Positions 8,430 through 17,375 of a stretch of DNA of 64,000 nucleotides are shown here, one piece after another (the first letter of the stretch is position 1; the number at the start of each line of letters is the position of its first letter). The position numbers were made by a program, and so were the translations under genes. The notes under the pieces were generated by a model. It was given only the letters and a program-made list of their open reading frames with translations. It was not told where the DNA came from and did not search any database. Source of the stretch: Lentisphaerota bacterium (lineage in GTDB: Bacteria; Verrucomicrobiota; Kiritimatiellia; RFP12; UBA1067); contig SUWC01000005.1 in NCBI GenBank assembly GCA_015061665.1, positions 10,652 through 74,651 on the forward strand, written 5' to 3'.

Positions 8430-10889
8430 CTACTCTTCGTCTGTGAACTCTTCGCTTTCCTCGGGACGCTCCGCCTGAGTCGGCGCACCCGTCTGCTGAT
8501 TGCCGGAAGGAGCACCCTCTCCAGCGGAATGGTGTTCATGCCTTTCAGAACCGTATCCGTAGCGATAGCCATAGCGGTAGCCGTAGCCATACCCATACCC
8601 ATAGCCGTGGTGCGTCGATCCCGGGCTGAACGCGGCCGCGCTTCCGACCTCAACATCGTTCACGACGACGCCGAGTATGTTCGCACCCGCCTCGGTGAGC
8701 GAGCGCGAGCAGTACTGGATCGGCTTGAAGTGGGTGCGGTCGGGGCAGCACATGATGATGACGGAGTCGACCTGGACTGCAAGGGACACGACATCGCCGA
8801 CGACGCCGAAAGGCGGCGCGTCCACAATGACGCGGTCGTAGTTGGCTCGCGCCCACTCGAAGAAGTCCGCCACGACCTGCGATCCGAAGATCGAGCTTGG
8901 CGCGACACCCTCAGGCGGCAGCGAGGCGATGACGTCAAGTCCATCGACACTCGACTTGTTGACGAGCTTCGCGAAATCGGGCTTGCCCGTTGCGCCTGCG
9001 CTCTGGAGCACGTGGGAGAAGCTCCTCTCCTTGGTGAGCTCGAGACCCCAGATGCGGGCCAGGCGAGGACGGCGCATGTCGAAGTCGACATGGAGCACCT
9101 TCTTGCCGGTCTGCGCGTGCGAGATTGCGATGGACGTCGAGGTAATCGTCTTGCCTTCGCCCGGCTGGGTCGAAATGACGACGATGCACTTCGTCATCGC
9201 CTCGTAGCGCGGAGAGTCGAGCAGGTTGCGAAGCCCCGCGACAGTCTCCGAGAACTGCGAATACACGTCTTCGACGGCGAACTTCGCGACCTGTTCACGG
9301 CGTTTGCGGCGGACGTGCGGAAGAACGGCCAGCACCTTGAGCGCGAGACGGCCTTCGATGTCGGCGAGGTTGACGATCGTATCCTCCAGGTTGTCCATAA
9401 CGAGGACGAAAAGGACACCAAGCCCAAGCGAGAGCGCAACGCCGATGCCGAAGATGATCAGCGGGTTGGGGAGAACGGGCTTGGTCGGTTCGTTCGCAGG
9501 GCGTCCAACGCGGATGATCTCGTTGTTCGCCTCAGCTTCGAGGCGGGCCTTGTTCTCGTCGAGGATGAGTCCTTCGAGGACGCGGTTTGCAACGCCGAAC
9601 TCGGCCTCGAGCTGGTTGAGGCCTGACTCGGCGAGAACGATGCGCTGCTCAAGGGAAGAAAGCTCGTTGCGGAGATCGTCCTGCTTGGCGCGCAACTGCG
9701 CAAGGCGGTTGCGAGTCTCGTGGAGGAGCGAACGCCCTGCGGCAAGCGCGCGTCCGATGGCGGCGAGGAACCGATCCTTGGCGGCCTCGAGCTCCTTTGC
9801 CTTTGCAACCACCTCAGGATGGTTCTCGGTATACGCGAACTGAAGCTTTGAATGCTCGACGGCGGCATCCTGGAACGCGCGGTACTCGGTCAGGATTTCC
9901 TGTGCGCGCGGAATGTTCTGCGACAGAGAGCCAAAGCTCTCGGGCTCCTTCTGGACGTCGGAGAGCAGCTTTTCCCATTCGACGAGCTGCGTCTCCTGCG
10001 TTTCGAGGGTCAGGATGTCGGCCGTCGTCTTCTGGATCGACTGCTGGGCGGTCTCGCGCGACGAGCGCAGGTTGTCTACCTTGTTCGCTGTGCGGAAGTC
10101 CAGGAGGGTCTTGGCAAGCTTGTCCACTTCGCGGCGGCGCTTCTCGACGTTCAGGTGTATCTGGCTGACGGCCTTGTCGCACCGGTTCTTGTTCTCCTCG
10201 TCCGTAAACGCCTCGATCGCCTCGGCATAGGCGTTCGCAAGGGCGGCGGCGAGCGAAGGCAGCTGGGATCGGACGGATATCGTGATGATTCGCGAGTTGC
10301 GCTGCAGTTCAAGCTTGGAGTCGACGAGCGTGGACATCAGCTCCTCGTCGGCGATTGAAGACGCCGGATGGCTGGAGCGGTACTCCTGCATGATCTTCGT
10401 AACGATCTTGTCCGAACGCCACTCGGAAAGGCGCGTGTTGAAGATTTCCATGTAGTTGTTGCCAAGGTCGGGAATGGCTGCGTCAAGCGCGCTTTGGGCA
10501 TGCCCCGTCGAGCGACGGATATCCATCGTGAACTCGCTCTTCGCCTCGTAGATCGTGGGCGAGATGCGGTAGACCGCGAACGCGACGATCAGTCCGACAA
10601 GCAGAAACACGAAGATGGAGAGCCAGCGCTGCGAAACAACGCGCAGGATGCGCGTAACCGTAAGCGTTCCGACGATCGAGCCGTCCTCGCCGGACTGTCC
10701 GTTCGGGTCGCCATACTGCATTCCTCCGTACATGCCGCCATACTGTCTTCCCGCGCCATAGTACATCGGCTGCTTGCCGCCGTACATCGGCTGGTTTCCA
10801 CCATAGTACATCGGCTTCGAGGCGCCATAATACATCGGAGCATCTTTGCTACCGTAATAAAGCGGTTTATCGGCCATCTTCTCTGTCAC
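8430..10889 (-). CDS. Polysaccharide co-polymerase / BY-tyrosine autokinase (Wzc/GumC-like)
   Basis: It has a Wzz-type chain-length-determinant region with a long coiled coil between two TM segments. The C-terminal P-loop kinase carries GEGKT, and a C-terminal tyrosine cluster reads GYGYGYGYGYRYGYRYGYG. The ORF begins at GTG 10889, with an alternative ATG at 10877. Confidence 0.8.
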   Translation of the reverse strand: MTEKMADKPLYYGSKDAPMYYGASKPMYYGGNQPMYGGKQPMYYGAGRQYGGMYGGMQYGDPNGQSGEDGSIVGTLTVTRILRVVSQRWLSIFVFLLVGLIVAFAVYRISPTIYEAKSEFTMDIRRSTGHAQSALDAAIPDLGNNYMEIFNTRLSEWRSDKIVTKIMQEYRSSHPASSIADEELMSTLVDSKLELQRNSRIITISVRSQLPSLAAALANAYAEAIEAFTDEENKNRCDKAVSQIHLNVEKRRREVDKLAKTLLDFRTANKVDNLRSSRETAQQSIQKTTADILTLETQETQLVEWEKLLSDVQKEPESFGSLSQNIPRAQEILTEYRAFQDAAVEHSKLQFAYTENHPEVVAKAKELEAAKDRFLAAIGRALAAGRSLLHETRNRLAQLRAKQDDLRNELSSLEQRIVLAESGLNQLEAEFGVANRVLEGLILDENKARLEAEANNEIIRVGRPANEPTKPVLPNPLIIFGIGVALSLGLGVLFVLVMDNLEDTIVNLADIEGRLALKVLAVLPHVRRKRREQVAKFAVEDVYSQFSETVAGLRNLLDSPRYEAMTKCIVVISTQPGEGKTITSTSIAISHAQTGKKVLHVDFDMRRPRLARIWGLELTKERSFSHVLQSAGATGKPDFAKLVNKSSVDGLDVIASLPPEGVAPSSIFGSQVVADFFEWARANYDRVIVDAPPFGVVGDVVSLAVQVDSVIIMCCPDRTHFKPIQYCSRSLTEAGANILGVVVNDVEVGSAAAFSPGSTHHGYGYGYGYGYRYGYRYGYGSERHEHHSAGEGAPSGNQQTGAPTQAERPEESEEFTDEE

Positions 10890-12309
10890 CCTTCGATTTG
10901 TCGCCTGCCGGCGTGTCGTCCGTAGCCGTCTTCTTCACCAGCGGAAACGAGGCCGCGGACATTGCGATGAATGCCGCCACGGCCATAACCGCCTCTGGGG
11001 CGAGGAAGGACGGGTCAATAAAACTCTGAACTGCAAGCGTCGCAACCGCGATCACCCCCAGGAAGCACCCAGGCACAAACGTGGAGCCGCCGGAGAACGC
11101 GCCGACAAGCCTGCGGAAAAACGAGTAGACCATAAAGCCAAGCGGAAGCGCGAACATAAGTGCGCCGACAATCCCGCGCTCTGCGAGAAGAGCCCACCAT
11201 CCGGACGTCGGAAGCCTCTGCGCGACATCGATAAGGACCCAGTCGGACTCCGTGGCGTTGAACCTGATTCCCAGCGGGAACGATCCTACGCCCGAACCAA
11301 GCCAGGGATGAATCGTCCACTCCTTGAACGCAATCCTCGAGAACGCATCGTGCGCACGCACAAAAGACTCGGCGAAAAGGTTGTCCGCGTTGACCATCGC
11401 GCAGAAATGCTCAAAAGCCGAGACACCAGGGTCAAGGGCGAGAATGAGGAGAATCGGTATAAGCGACGCAATGAGAATCGCGACTGCACACTTGAGCGAA
11501 TCCGCCGCGCTGCGGGTTATCCCGACGTATACCAGCATAACGAGTATCGCGACAATGCCCGCAACCATGTAGAGGGCGGAGAGCTGCGGCGGGAGGAAAA
11601 TCGCGGCTCCGGCAAACGTGCCGCCTATCGCAATCGAAAAAAGAAGCAGCATCTTGTTCCAGCCGATCTCGAACATCCCGGCAAGTGCGGTAAGCCCGCC
11701 CAGGAAGTAGAGGGCGAACGCCGTTCCGGCAAAGGACCCGATGACTGTCTGTGCGGAAGCGGCCTGGACAGCGCCTGATACGCCGAGATGCGCCATTACG
11801 CATGCAGTGATTGCGGCTATGGCAGCAAGAAAAGACGAGACGAAGAGGAATGACATCCTAGCCGCCTTGCCGAGCACGTGTCTGAAGGACATCACGAGCA
11901 CGAAGGCGCCAAGGGTTCCTGCGAAAGGATACGCACCGCATCCTTCGACGGTGCCTGGCATGAACGAGCAGGTCGGTCCCCGAAGCGACCACTTCCGAAG
12001 CTCGGCGTCATAACCCATGCCTACGCCCCCGTTGGCCCAACGGATGCCAGAAAGAAGAAGTATTACCACAAAGACCCAGAAAAGCGGGTCGGCGACGAGC
12101 GAACGCACAACGCGTTCCCTCGCCTCAAAGAGGAGCTCGCCCGAACGGCGCGAAGGCTCCATTACCATCCAGACGGCGGCGAGGACCGAGAGACAGATGA
12201 CTACGGAGGCAATCCATCCCTCGCCGCAGTAAGGGAATAGGAAGAGCGGCGACACCGCCAGAAAGGCTAGGTGCGCCGCAACTCCGTATTTTGGGATAAG
12301 CTTCTGCAC
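10867..12309 (-). CDS. O-antigen ligase / Wzy-type polymerase-like polytopic membrane protein
   Basis: The product has more than 10 predicted TM segments and a Wzy_C-like loop (HPWLGSGVGSFPLG...WWALLAERGIVGALMF). The GTG start lies 1 nt after the upstream stop region. Its 3' end overlaps the wzc-like start. Confidence 0.55.
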   Translation of the reverse strand: MQKLIPKYGVAAHLAFLAVSPLFLFPYCGEGWIASVVICLSVLAAVWMVMEPSRRSGELLFEARERVVRSLVADPLFWVFVVILLLSGIRWANGGVGMGYDAELRKWSLRGPTCSFMPGTVEGCGAYPFAGTLGAFVLVMSFRHVLGKAARMSFLFVSSFLAAIAAITACVMAHLGVSGAVQAASAQTVIGSFAGTAFALYFLGGLTALAGMFEIGWNKMLLLFSIAIGGTFAGAAIFLPPQLSALYMVAGIVAILVMLVYVGITRSAADSLKCAVAILIASLIPILLILALDPGVSAFEHFCAMVNADNLFAESFVRAHDAFSRIAFKEWTIHPWLGSGVGSFPLGIRFNATESDWVLIDVAQRLPTSGWWALLAERGIVGALMFALPLGFMVYSFFRRLVGAFSGGSTFVPGCFLGVIAVATLAVQSFIDPSFLAPEAVMAVAAFIAMSAASFPLVKKTATDDTPAGDKSKGDREDGR

Positions 12310-12313
12310 TTTA

Positions 12314-13546
12314 TCAGTAGGTCAGACGCATACCGACCGTTGCACGCCAGCGATCGTAGTCGTAGTAGTGTCCGCCGATGTGCTCGCCAGTCGTGTCGGA
12401 GAACTGGTACTCGACGCGGCCGAAAGCGGTGAGGAAGCGGTTGATGACGTAGTTGACGCCAACGCGGGCGGTCCAGATGTCGCGCGTGTAGTTGCAGCCC
12501 GACACTTCGGAATACTCGCGATCCTCGCGGCGGAACGCCATGTCGACCGTGCTGGTGAGCTTGCCGCGGATGAACGACTTGCCAAGACCGGCGCTCATGG
12601 AGTAGACCTTGATGGCCGTGCCGTACTCGTATTCGGAAGGCTGATAGTAGCTCGAGCCGAGGACCATCAGGTTGAGCGTGTTGTCGATCTGCCACTTGCC
12701 GGAGAGCTGGTATGTCCAACCGTTGATGTTGTCCGCCCCATCGGCATAGTCGAACCTGCTCCATCCACCGAGGACGCGGTACTCGATGCGCTCGGTCGCG
12801 CGCGTCGCAACACCGCCCATGAGAGACCAACCGCGGGAGTCGCTCTTGATGGTGCGGGAAGTGCGGGTGCCCGAGTTGTCCTGCCTGTACCACTGATAGT
12901 CGGCGGCAATGATGAAGTCGGTCCACTTGCTGGGCGCGAATCCGATCTCGCCTCCGATCGTCCAGCGCTTCCAACCGTAGAGGTAGGAGTACTTGCTGAC
13001 GTCGTTGTCATAGTCGAGCAAGTAGTAGGTCGACTCGACGTCGGCGTGCCAGTACTCGTTGAGCCTGCGCTCGATGATGCCGTTGGCCTGGAACTGCTTG
13101 CGGTCACGGCCTATGCCGCGTCCCTTGTCGTTGGTCATGTCGTCGTCCTGGGCGATCTGCTGGAAGCGCTCGTTGAACATGACGCGCCAGCCGCGCTCGT
13201 TCGGGAGCGAGTCAGCCCAGTTCAGGTTCAGGAACTCGCCGTAGCTCGAAGAGTTGAGCTGGTGGGAATAGTGGTTGTAGGCATGGTACTCGTACCAGGC
13301 GGCGCCCTCAACCTTCCAGTTCTCCGATAGGTACTGTGCACCGATCCCGGGGCTGACAAGCCACTGCGAACCTTCCTTGGAGTGCTTCGTCGAGTCCACG
13401 TTCGAGTCGTAGGTGTACGACAGCGAGACGTAAGGACGGAGGGTGAGATGCTCGCCGAAGTGGATGCCCTGCGGACGATCCATGACGTCGGCGGACGCAA
13501 CAGCCGCTACCGTAGCGACTGACGCCAGAGTTATCATTGATTTCAT
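12314..13546 (-). CDS. Putative outer-membrane beta-barrel protein; candidate porin partner of the short OPX
   Basis: The start was trimmed to MKSMITLASVATVAAVASADV, a signal peptide preceded by an AAAGGGA SD. Alternating aromatic/polar strand patterns run throughout. The C-terminus is aromatic (...GMRLTY). Confidence 0.5.
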   Translation of the reverse strand: MKSMITLASVATVAAVASADVMDRPQGIHFGEHLTLRPYVSLSYTYDSNVDSTKHSKEGSQWLVSPGIGAQYLSENWKVEGAAWYEYHAYNHYSHQLNSSSYGEFLNLNWADSLPNERGWRVMFNERFQQIAQDDDMTNDKGRGIGRDRKQFQANGIIERRLNEYWHADVESTYYLLDYDNDVSKYSYLYGWKRWTIGGEIGFAPSKWTDFIIAADYQWYRQDNSGTRTSRTIKSDSRGWSLMGGVATRATERIEYRVLGGWSRFDYADGADNINGWTYQLSGKWQIDNTLNLMVLGSSYYQPSEYEYGTAIKVYSMSAGLGKSFIRGKLTSTVDMAFRREDREYSEVSGCNYTRDIWTARVGVNYVINRFLTAFGRVEYQFSDTTGEHIGGHYYDYDRWRATVGMRLTY

Positions 13547-13570
13547 GTTAGCAGTCCCTTTCACCAAAAA

Positions 13571-14488
13571 TTAGTAAGTCTGGAGCTGGTAGCCGAAGGG
13601 CTCGCCGCGCCTGTATCCGCCGAACGCCTTGCTCGTCGGGTCGGCAGTGACGGGCGTACGGCCCATTCCGTACTCCTCCGTCATCTCGGGGAGACCGAGG
13701 TAGTCGAGGCTGAAGTACGAATCGGTGAGGGTCGTCTTCGTCGAGCCGAGGTCGCCGAGCATCGCAGTGAGGATGGAGGGGCTGGCCATGCGCAGGACAA
13801 GGACTTCGTTGGGAGCCTCGCCAGCATCGCTCGCGCCGAGCATCGGATCGTACGTCTTGTCCTGCCCCTCGCCCATCGCCGGAGGGATCCACTCGTTCTT
13901 TGCAAGCTCACGGGTGGATTCGTCGGGGAGATTGGCAACGAGCGTATCGCGCAGGTCGGCGGGCTGCCCGTTGGAAGCGCGCAGGAACATGAGGACGGCG
14001 AACGTGTCGCGGACGGCGGAATCGTCGGCCTTGGCGCAGCGGTCCTGAATGATCTTCATCGTGTCAACCGCCTTGTTCTTGAACTCCTCGTCGGTGACCG
14101 TCGGATCGGCCGAACGGCTGAAGAGGTCGGCGGCGAGCCTCTCGTTGACGAGCGTGAGCGCCTCCGGCGGAACCGTAGCGAACGTCTCGGCGAGCATCGC
14201 CTGCAGATTGCCCTTCTTGGAAGCCTTGAGCGCGGACTCGTTGACGTCCACGTACTTCGCGACCTTCTCCTCTGCCGAACCGGGCAGAGCCTCGATCGCG
14301 GCGTTAAGCTCGGAGAGGAACGCCACCTGATCCGCGGCGTCCAGCTGGCTGACAACCTCGCCGGTCTTTGCGGGATCCTTAACCACAGGGTCTATCTGCG
14401 CCCGCGCGTCCGCGAGCGAAAGCGCCTCGGCATTAACGACCGCAGCAGAGACGATCGCAGCCACTCCCAGCATCATCATTGTTTTCAT
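13571..14488 (-). CDS. Secreted hypothetical protein (no recognisable domain)
   Basis: The start was trimmed to MKTMMMLGVAAIVSAAVVNAEA, a signal peptide preceded by an AAGGAAG SD. The body is acidic and helical, and the tail is aromatic/Gly-rich (FGGYRRGEPFGYQLQTY). Confidence 0.55.
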   Translation of the reverse strand: MKTMMMLGVAAIVSAAVVNAEALSLADARAQIDPVVKDPAKTGEVVSQLDAADQVAFLSELNAAIEALPGSAEEKVAKYVDVNESALKASKKGNLQAMLAETFATVPPEALTLVNERLAADLFSRSADPTVTDEEFKNKAVDTMKIIQDRCAKADDSAVRDTFAVLMFLRASNGQPADLRDTLVANLPDESTRELAKNEWIPPAMGEGQDKTYDPMLGASDAGEAPNEVLVLRMASPSILTAMLGDLGSTKTTLTDSYFSLDYLGLPEMTEEYGMGRTPVTADPTSKAFGGYRRGEPFGYQLQTY

Positions 14489-14508
14489 GTTTGCTTCCTT
14501 TCGAATTG

Positions 14509-15195
14509 TTAATACCACGTTTCGGGGACCCAGACGACATCGCCGGCCTTCAGGAGCATATCCATTTCAATGCGCCCCTGCTTGCCGATCGCCTCGATGT
14601 CCACATTTGTCTGAGTGCGGTTGCCGTCCTTGTCACAACGCGACACGCGCACCCTGCGCTTGTCCGCGAACGGACGAAACCCGCCCGAAGCCTGAATGAC
14701 CTTCGTTACAGTAAGATCCTGCGTCGAGGGCATGTTGACGGGCCCCGGCTGCGCGACTTCGCCAAGCACGGTGACCGTACCCCACGGGCTGACCCCGCCC
14801 GACTTAGCGTCGAACGGAGCGAACGTCACGGTAATCTGAGGCTGCTTGTAGTAGACCGAGTAGGCCTTCACAAGCTTCTGCTTGAGAGCGTCGAGCTTGA
14901 GGCCATTGCACGCCACGGGCTCCTGGAGGAGCAACGGAAGCGTTATGTCGCCGTTCTGGTCTACCAAGACCTGCATGGTCGTGGGCGGCTGAGCAATCGT
15001 GCTCACCTGGACGACTAGGGCCACGCCAGGACGAATGCGCGGACCATCAAACCACTCGGGCATGACAACAGGCTCGCCCTGCTCCTTGGAATCTCCAATA
15101 AGACCCTTCACGTATGTGGACACGCTCTCGCACCCGCACAGCATTACGCTCGCGAGTACGGCGATACACAAAACTATATTGCCTAGTTTGCCCAT
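14509..15195 (-). CDS. Polysaccharide export protein, short Wza/OPX type (PES domain plus a single SLBB domain); probable lipoprotein
   Basis: It has a signal peptide with Cys (VMLCGCES), a Poly_export-like block (ALVVQVS...VLVDQNGDITLPLL...CNGLKLDALKQKL) and an SLBB-like block (VTVLGEVAQPGPV...KAGDVVWVPETWY). At 228 aa it has no C-terminal amphipathic helix. Confidence 0.75.
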   Translation of the reverse strand: MGKLGNIVLCIAVLASVMLCGCESVSTYVKGLIGDSKEQGEPVVMPEWFDGPRIRPGVALVVQVSTIAQPPTTMQVLVDQNGDITLPLLLQEPVACNGLKLDALKQKLVKAYSVYYKQPQITVTFAPFDAKSGGVSPWGTVTVLGEVAQPGPVNMPSTQDLTVTKVIQASGGFRPFADKRRVRVSRCDKDGNRTQTNVDIEAIGKQGRIEMDMLLKAGDVVWVPETWY

Positions 15196-15205
15196 ATCTG
15201 TTTGA

Positions 15206-15235
15206 ATTATACTACAAGAGCTTCCAACTTGTCAA
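15206..15235 (-). promoter_or_regulatory. Consensus sigma70-type promoter for the polysaccharide export module
   Basis: The minus strand reads TTGACA, an 18-nt spacer, then TATAAT. The -10 hexamer ends 10 nt before the wza-like ATG (15195). Confidence 0.7.
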
Positions 15236-15248
15236 TAGCGAGAAGACG

Positions 15249-15275
15249 AAAAACTCCCCCACCCGGGGGAGTTTT
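15249..15275 (-). terminator. Intrinsic terminator after efp
   Basis: ACTCCCCC and GGGGGAGT form an 8-bp GC-rich stem with a 4-nt loop. A U-tract follows on the minus-strand transcript. Confidence 0.75.
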
Positions 15276-15286
15276 CACCGCCCGGT

Positions 15287-15862
15287 TCAGCGCGTGGAAA
15301 CGCGGTCGTTGTAGTCGCCCGTCTCCGTGTTGATGCGGATGACGTCGCCTTCGTTGATGAAAAGCGGAACGGGGCAGACATAGCCGCCTTCGACCGTCGC
15401 AGGCTTGGTGACCTTGCCCGACGCCGTGTTGCCCTTCACGCCAGGCTCAACCTTGATGACCTTGCGCTCGACGAGCTGCGGAAGGTCGACGCCGATGACC
15501 TTGTCGTTGAAGAAGAGCGCCTTCACTTCCATCTCGTCCATGAGGAAGTACTTCTTGTCGCCCATGACTTCGTAGCTGACGCGGATTTCCTCGAAGTTCT
15601 CGTCGGTGAACACAAACGCGCTGCCGTCGTCGTACGAATACGTGACGGACATCTGCATAAGCTCGGGCTTCTCGAACTTGTCGCCGGAGCGGTAGCTCTT
15701 GGACATGCCCGTCCCCGTCATCATGTTCCTCAGCTTGCAGTTGTAGATGGCCTGGCCCTTGCCCGGCTTCGAGAAGTCAAACTCCGTGATTTCCCACGGT
15801 TCACCGTCTATGAGAAGCTTGACTCCCTTGTGCAGTTCTCCGGCTCCGATAACTTCGCCCAT
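15287..15862 (-). CDS. efp: Elongation factor P
   Basis: KGVKLLIDGEPWEITEFDFSKPGKGQAIYNCKLRNMMTG is EF-P domain I. The start was trimmed to ATG 15862 because an AAGGAG SD precedes it. The promoter at 15914-15926 lies inside the longer ORF. Confidence 0.9.
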   Translation of the reverse strand: MGEVIGAGELHKGVKLLIDGEPWEITEFDFSKPGKGQAIYNCKLRNMMTGTGMSKSYRSGDKFEKPELMQMSVTYSYDDGSAFVFTDENFEEIRVSYEVMGDKKYFLMDEMEVKALFFNDKVIGVDLPQLVERKVIKVEPGVKGNTASGKVTKPATVEGGYVCPVPLFINEGDVIRINTETGDYNDRVSTR

Positions 15863-15913
15863 ATCTATCTCCTTGGGTTGTATTGTCTGTGTTTGTGATT
15901 TCGGTTTCCGACT

Positions 15914-15926
15914 ATTATACCAAAAA
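15914..15926 (-). promoter_or_regulatory. Extended -10 promoter for efp
   Basis: The minus strand reads TTTTTGGTATAAT. A 51-nt stretch containing an AAGGAG SD separates it from ATG 15862. Confidence 0.65.
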
Positions 15927-15966
15927 TCGGCGGCCTTGTGCGCGACAAGGCCGCCGATCAGCGGAA

Positions 15967-17307
15967 TCACGCGTCAAGGCATATGCCGTTCGCCTTGAGA
16001 TCGGCCGCATCAACCGCGTAGAGCGGGTCGATCTCGAGCGGGACCCCTTCCGCGACCGTCACGCCGACTTCGGCGAGCCAGCGGCGCCACTTGGCCTGCA
16101 TGTCGGCCTTGCACGTCGCAGGCGAGTCTCCGCCCTCGGCGTTCTTGACAGGCGAAAACTCGTCCTTCTGCTCGAAGGCGAGGAACGCCGCGACCTTGGC
16201 CTTGGGAAGTATGTCGAAGATGAACTTCTCGAACTTGTAGCCGTTGGGCTCCGTCGGCTTGACGACCTTGCCCTTGCCGTCGACCTGCGGGATCTTCTTG
16301 AAGGCAAGGTGGAGCGGCATGGGCTGCGACGCCTCGCGGTCGAGGAACTCGCGGTCGAATACGTGGATCGCGGGCGAGCCGTACAGGAAGTAGAGCGAAC
16401 CGTCCTTCGCCTTGCGGTTGCACTGCTCGTCGGTCATCTCCGTGTACTCGACCATGCGGAACGTCTTGCCGAACTGCATCGGGACGCCGACCTTCTCCTT
16501 CGGGTCGCGCTTGGCGCAGAGCTTGAGCGAGTACTCCGACTTGTTCATGACGTGGTAGCCGATGAACGCCGGGTCCGCGATCTCGACGAGAGGATTGTCG
16601 ACCTGGAAGAAGAACACGGACTTGATGCCGCGCTTCTTCATGTCTGCGAGGGCTCCGGACTTCTTGAGCGCGGCGAGAAGGCCGCCGTGTCCGTCAGGCG
16701 ACATGAATACGTGCCCTGGGGCGTCGAGGATGATCTTGCCGTCCTTCGTCATCCCGGGCCACATCCCCTGCGTGAAGAAGAACACGTCCTTCGGGTTGAG
16801 GCCGAAGTAGTCGTTCTTCTCGAAGCACTCGACCGTCGCCGCGTTGTTGGCCTCGCTCGTCATGACGTAGAACGGAATCGGACGCCCGTAGCGGATCGTC
16901 CTTGCGAGGATCTTGCGCGCGTGGAAATAGAAGAGCGGCGCGTCGGTGATCGGCCCGATCGAGTAGCATCCCTTCGGCCCGTCGTAGCCGAGGCGCGATC
17001 CCTGTCCGCCCGCCACGAGCAGCGCCGCAACGCGCCCCGCCTTAAGCTCCTTCTCGCCTGCCTCGACCGCCGCGGCAAGCTTCTTCCCCTTGAGGACAGC
17101 CACCTTCGGCGCCTTGCCCTTGGAGCTGTCAGGAACGTCGGCGCCCTTCGCAAGCGCCTCCTGGCAGTACTTCACGCTCTCCGGCTCGATCGTCGCCACC
17201 TGGGCGAGAAGCGCCTCGCGCTCCTTCTTGCCGAGCTTGTTCCAGAACGCAAGGACGTGCTCCTGCCCGCACTTCTCAAGCAGTTTCTTGGCTTCTTCAA
17301 GTTTCAT
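15967..17307 (-). CDS. UDPGP-family sugar-1-phosphate uridylyltransferase (UAP / UDP-N-acetylhexosamine pyrophosphorylase-like)
   Basis: LLVAGGQGSRLGYDGPKGCY is the eukaryote-type UDPGP signature. The start was trimmed to MKLEEAKKLLEKCGQEHVL, which has an AGGAAG SD. Confidence 0.7.
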   Translation of the reverse strand: MKLEEAKKLLEKCGQEHVLAFWNKLGKKEREALLAQVATIEPESVKYCQEALAKGADVPDSSKGKAPKVAVLKGKKLAAAVEAGEKELKAGRVAALLVAGGQGSRLGYDGPKGCYSIGPITDAPLFYFHARKILARTIRYGRPIPFYVMTSEANNAATVECFEKNDYFGLNPKDVFFFTQGMWPGMTKDGKIILDAPGHVFMSPDGHGGLLAALKKSGALADMKKRGIKSVFFFQVDNPLVEIADPAFIGYHVMNKSEYSLKLCAKRDPKEKVGVPMQFGKTFRMVEYTEMTDEQCNRKAKDGSLYFLYGSPAIHVFDREFLDREASQPMPLHLAFKKIPQVDGKGKVVKPTEPNGYKFEKFIFDILPKAKVAAFLAFEQKDEFSPVKNAEGGDSPATCKADMQAKWRRWLAEVGVTVAEGVPLEIDPLYAVDAADLKANGICLDA

Positions 17308-17375
17308 ATCTGTGCTTCCTGTGTTTTGTTTTGTGTTTGGTTGAAAATGCAGTTGGCGAATCACCCGCACCGGCT

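Noticed and set aside
15863-15970. N-terminal extensions of track ORFs. Affected genes are efp, the UDPGP gene (17308-17379), purE (17877-17918), NamZ-like (20101-20154), uppS (22040-22402), cdsA, rsmA, trpS, hemA, cysW, hyfC-like, hyfF-like and LolA-like.
   Set aside because: The internal ATGs are preceded by SD sequences or by -10 elements, and they match conserved protein N-termini. The extensions overlap upstream genes or contain the promoters themselves.
17308-17326. A shared 11-mer, GGAAGCACAGA, immediately upstream of the start codons of the UDPGP gene (17307) and purE (17876).
   Set aside because: It contains the SD and is short. Two occurrences are insufficient to distinguish a regulatory element from chance or a locally preferred SD context.
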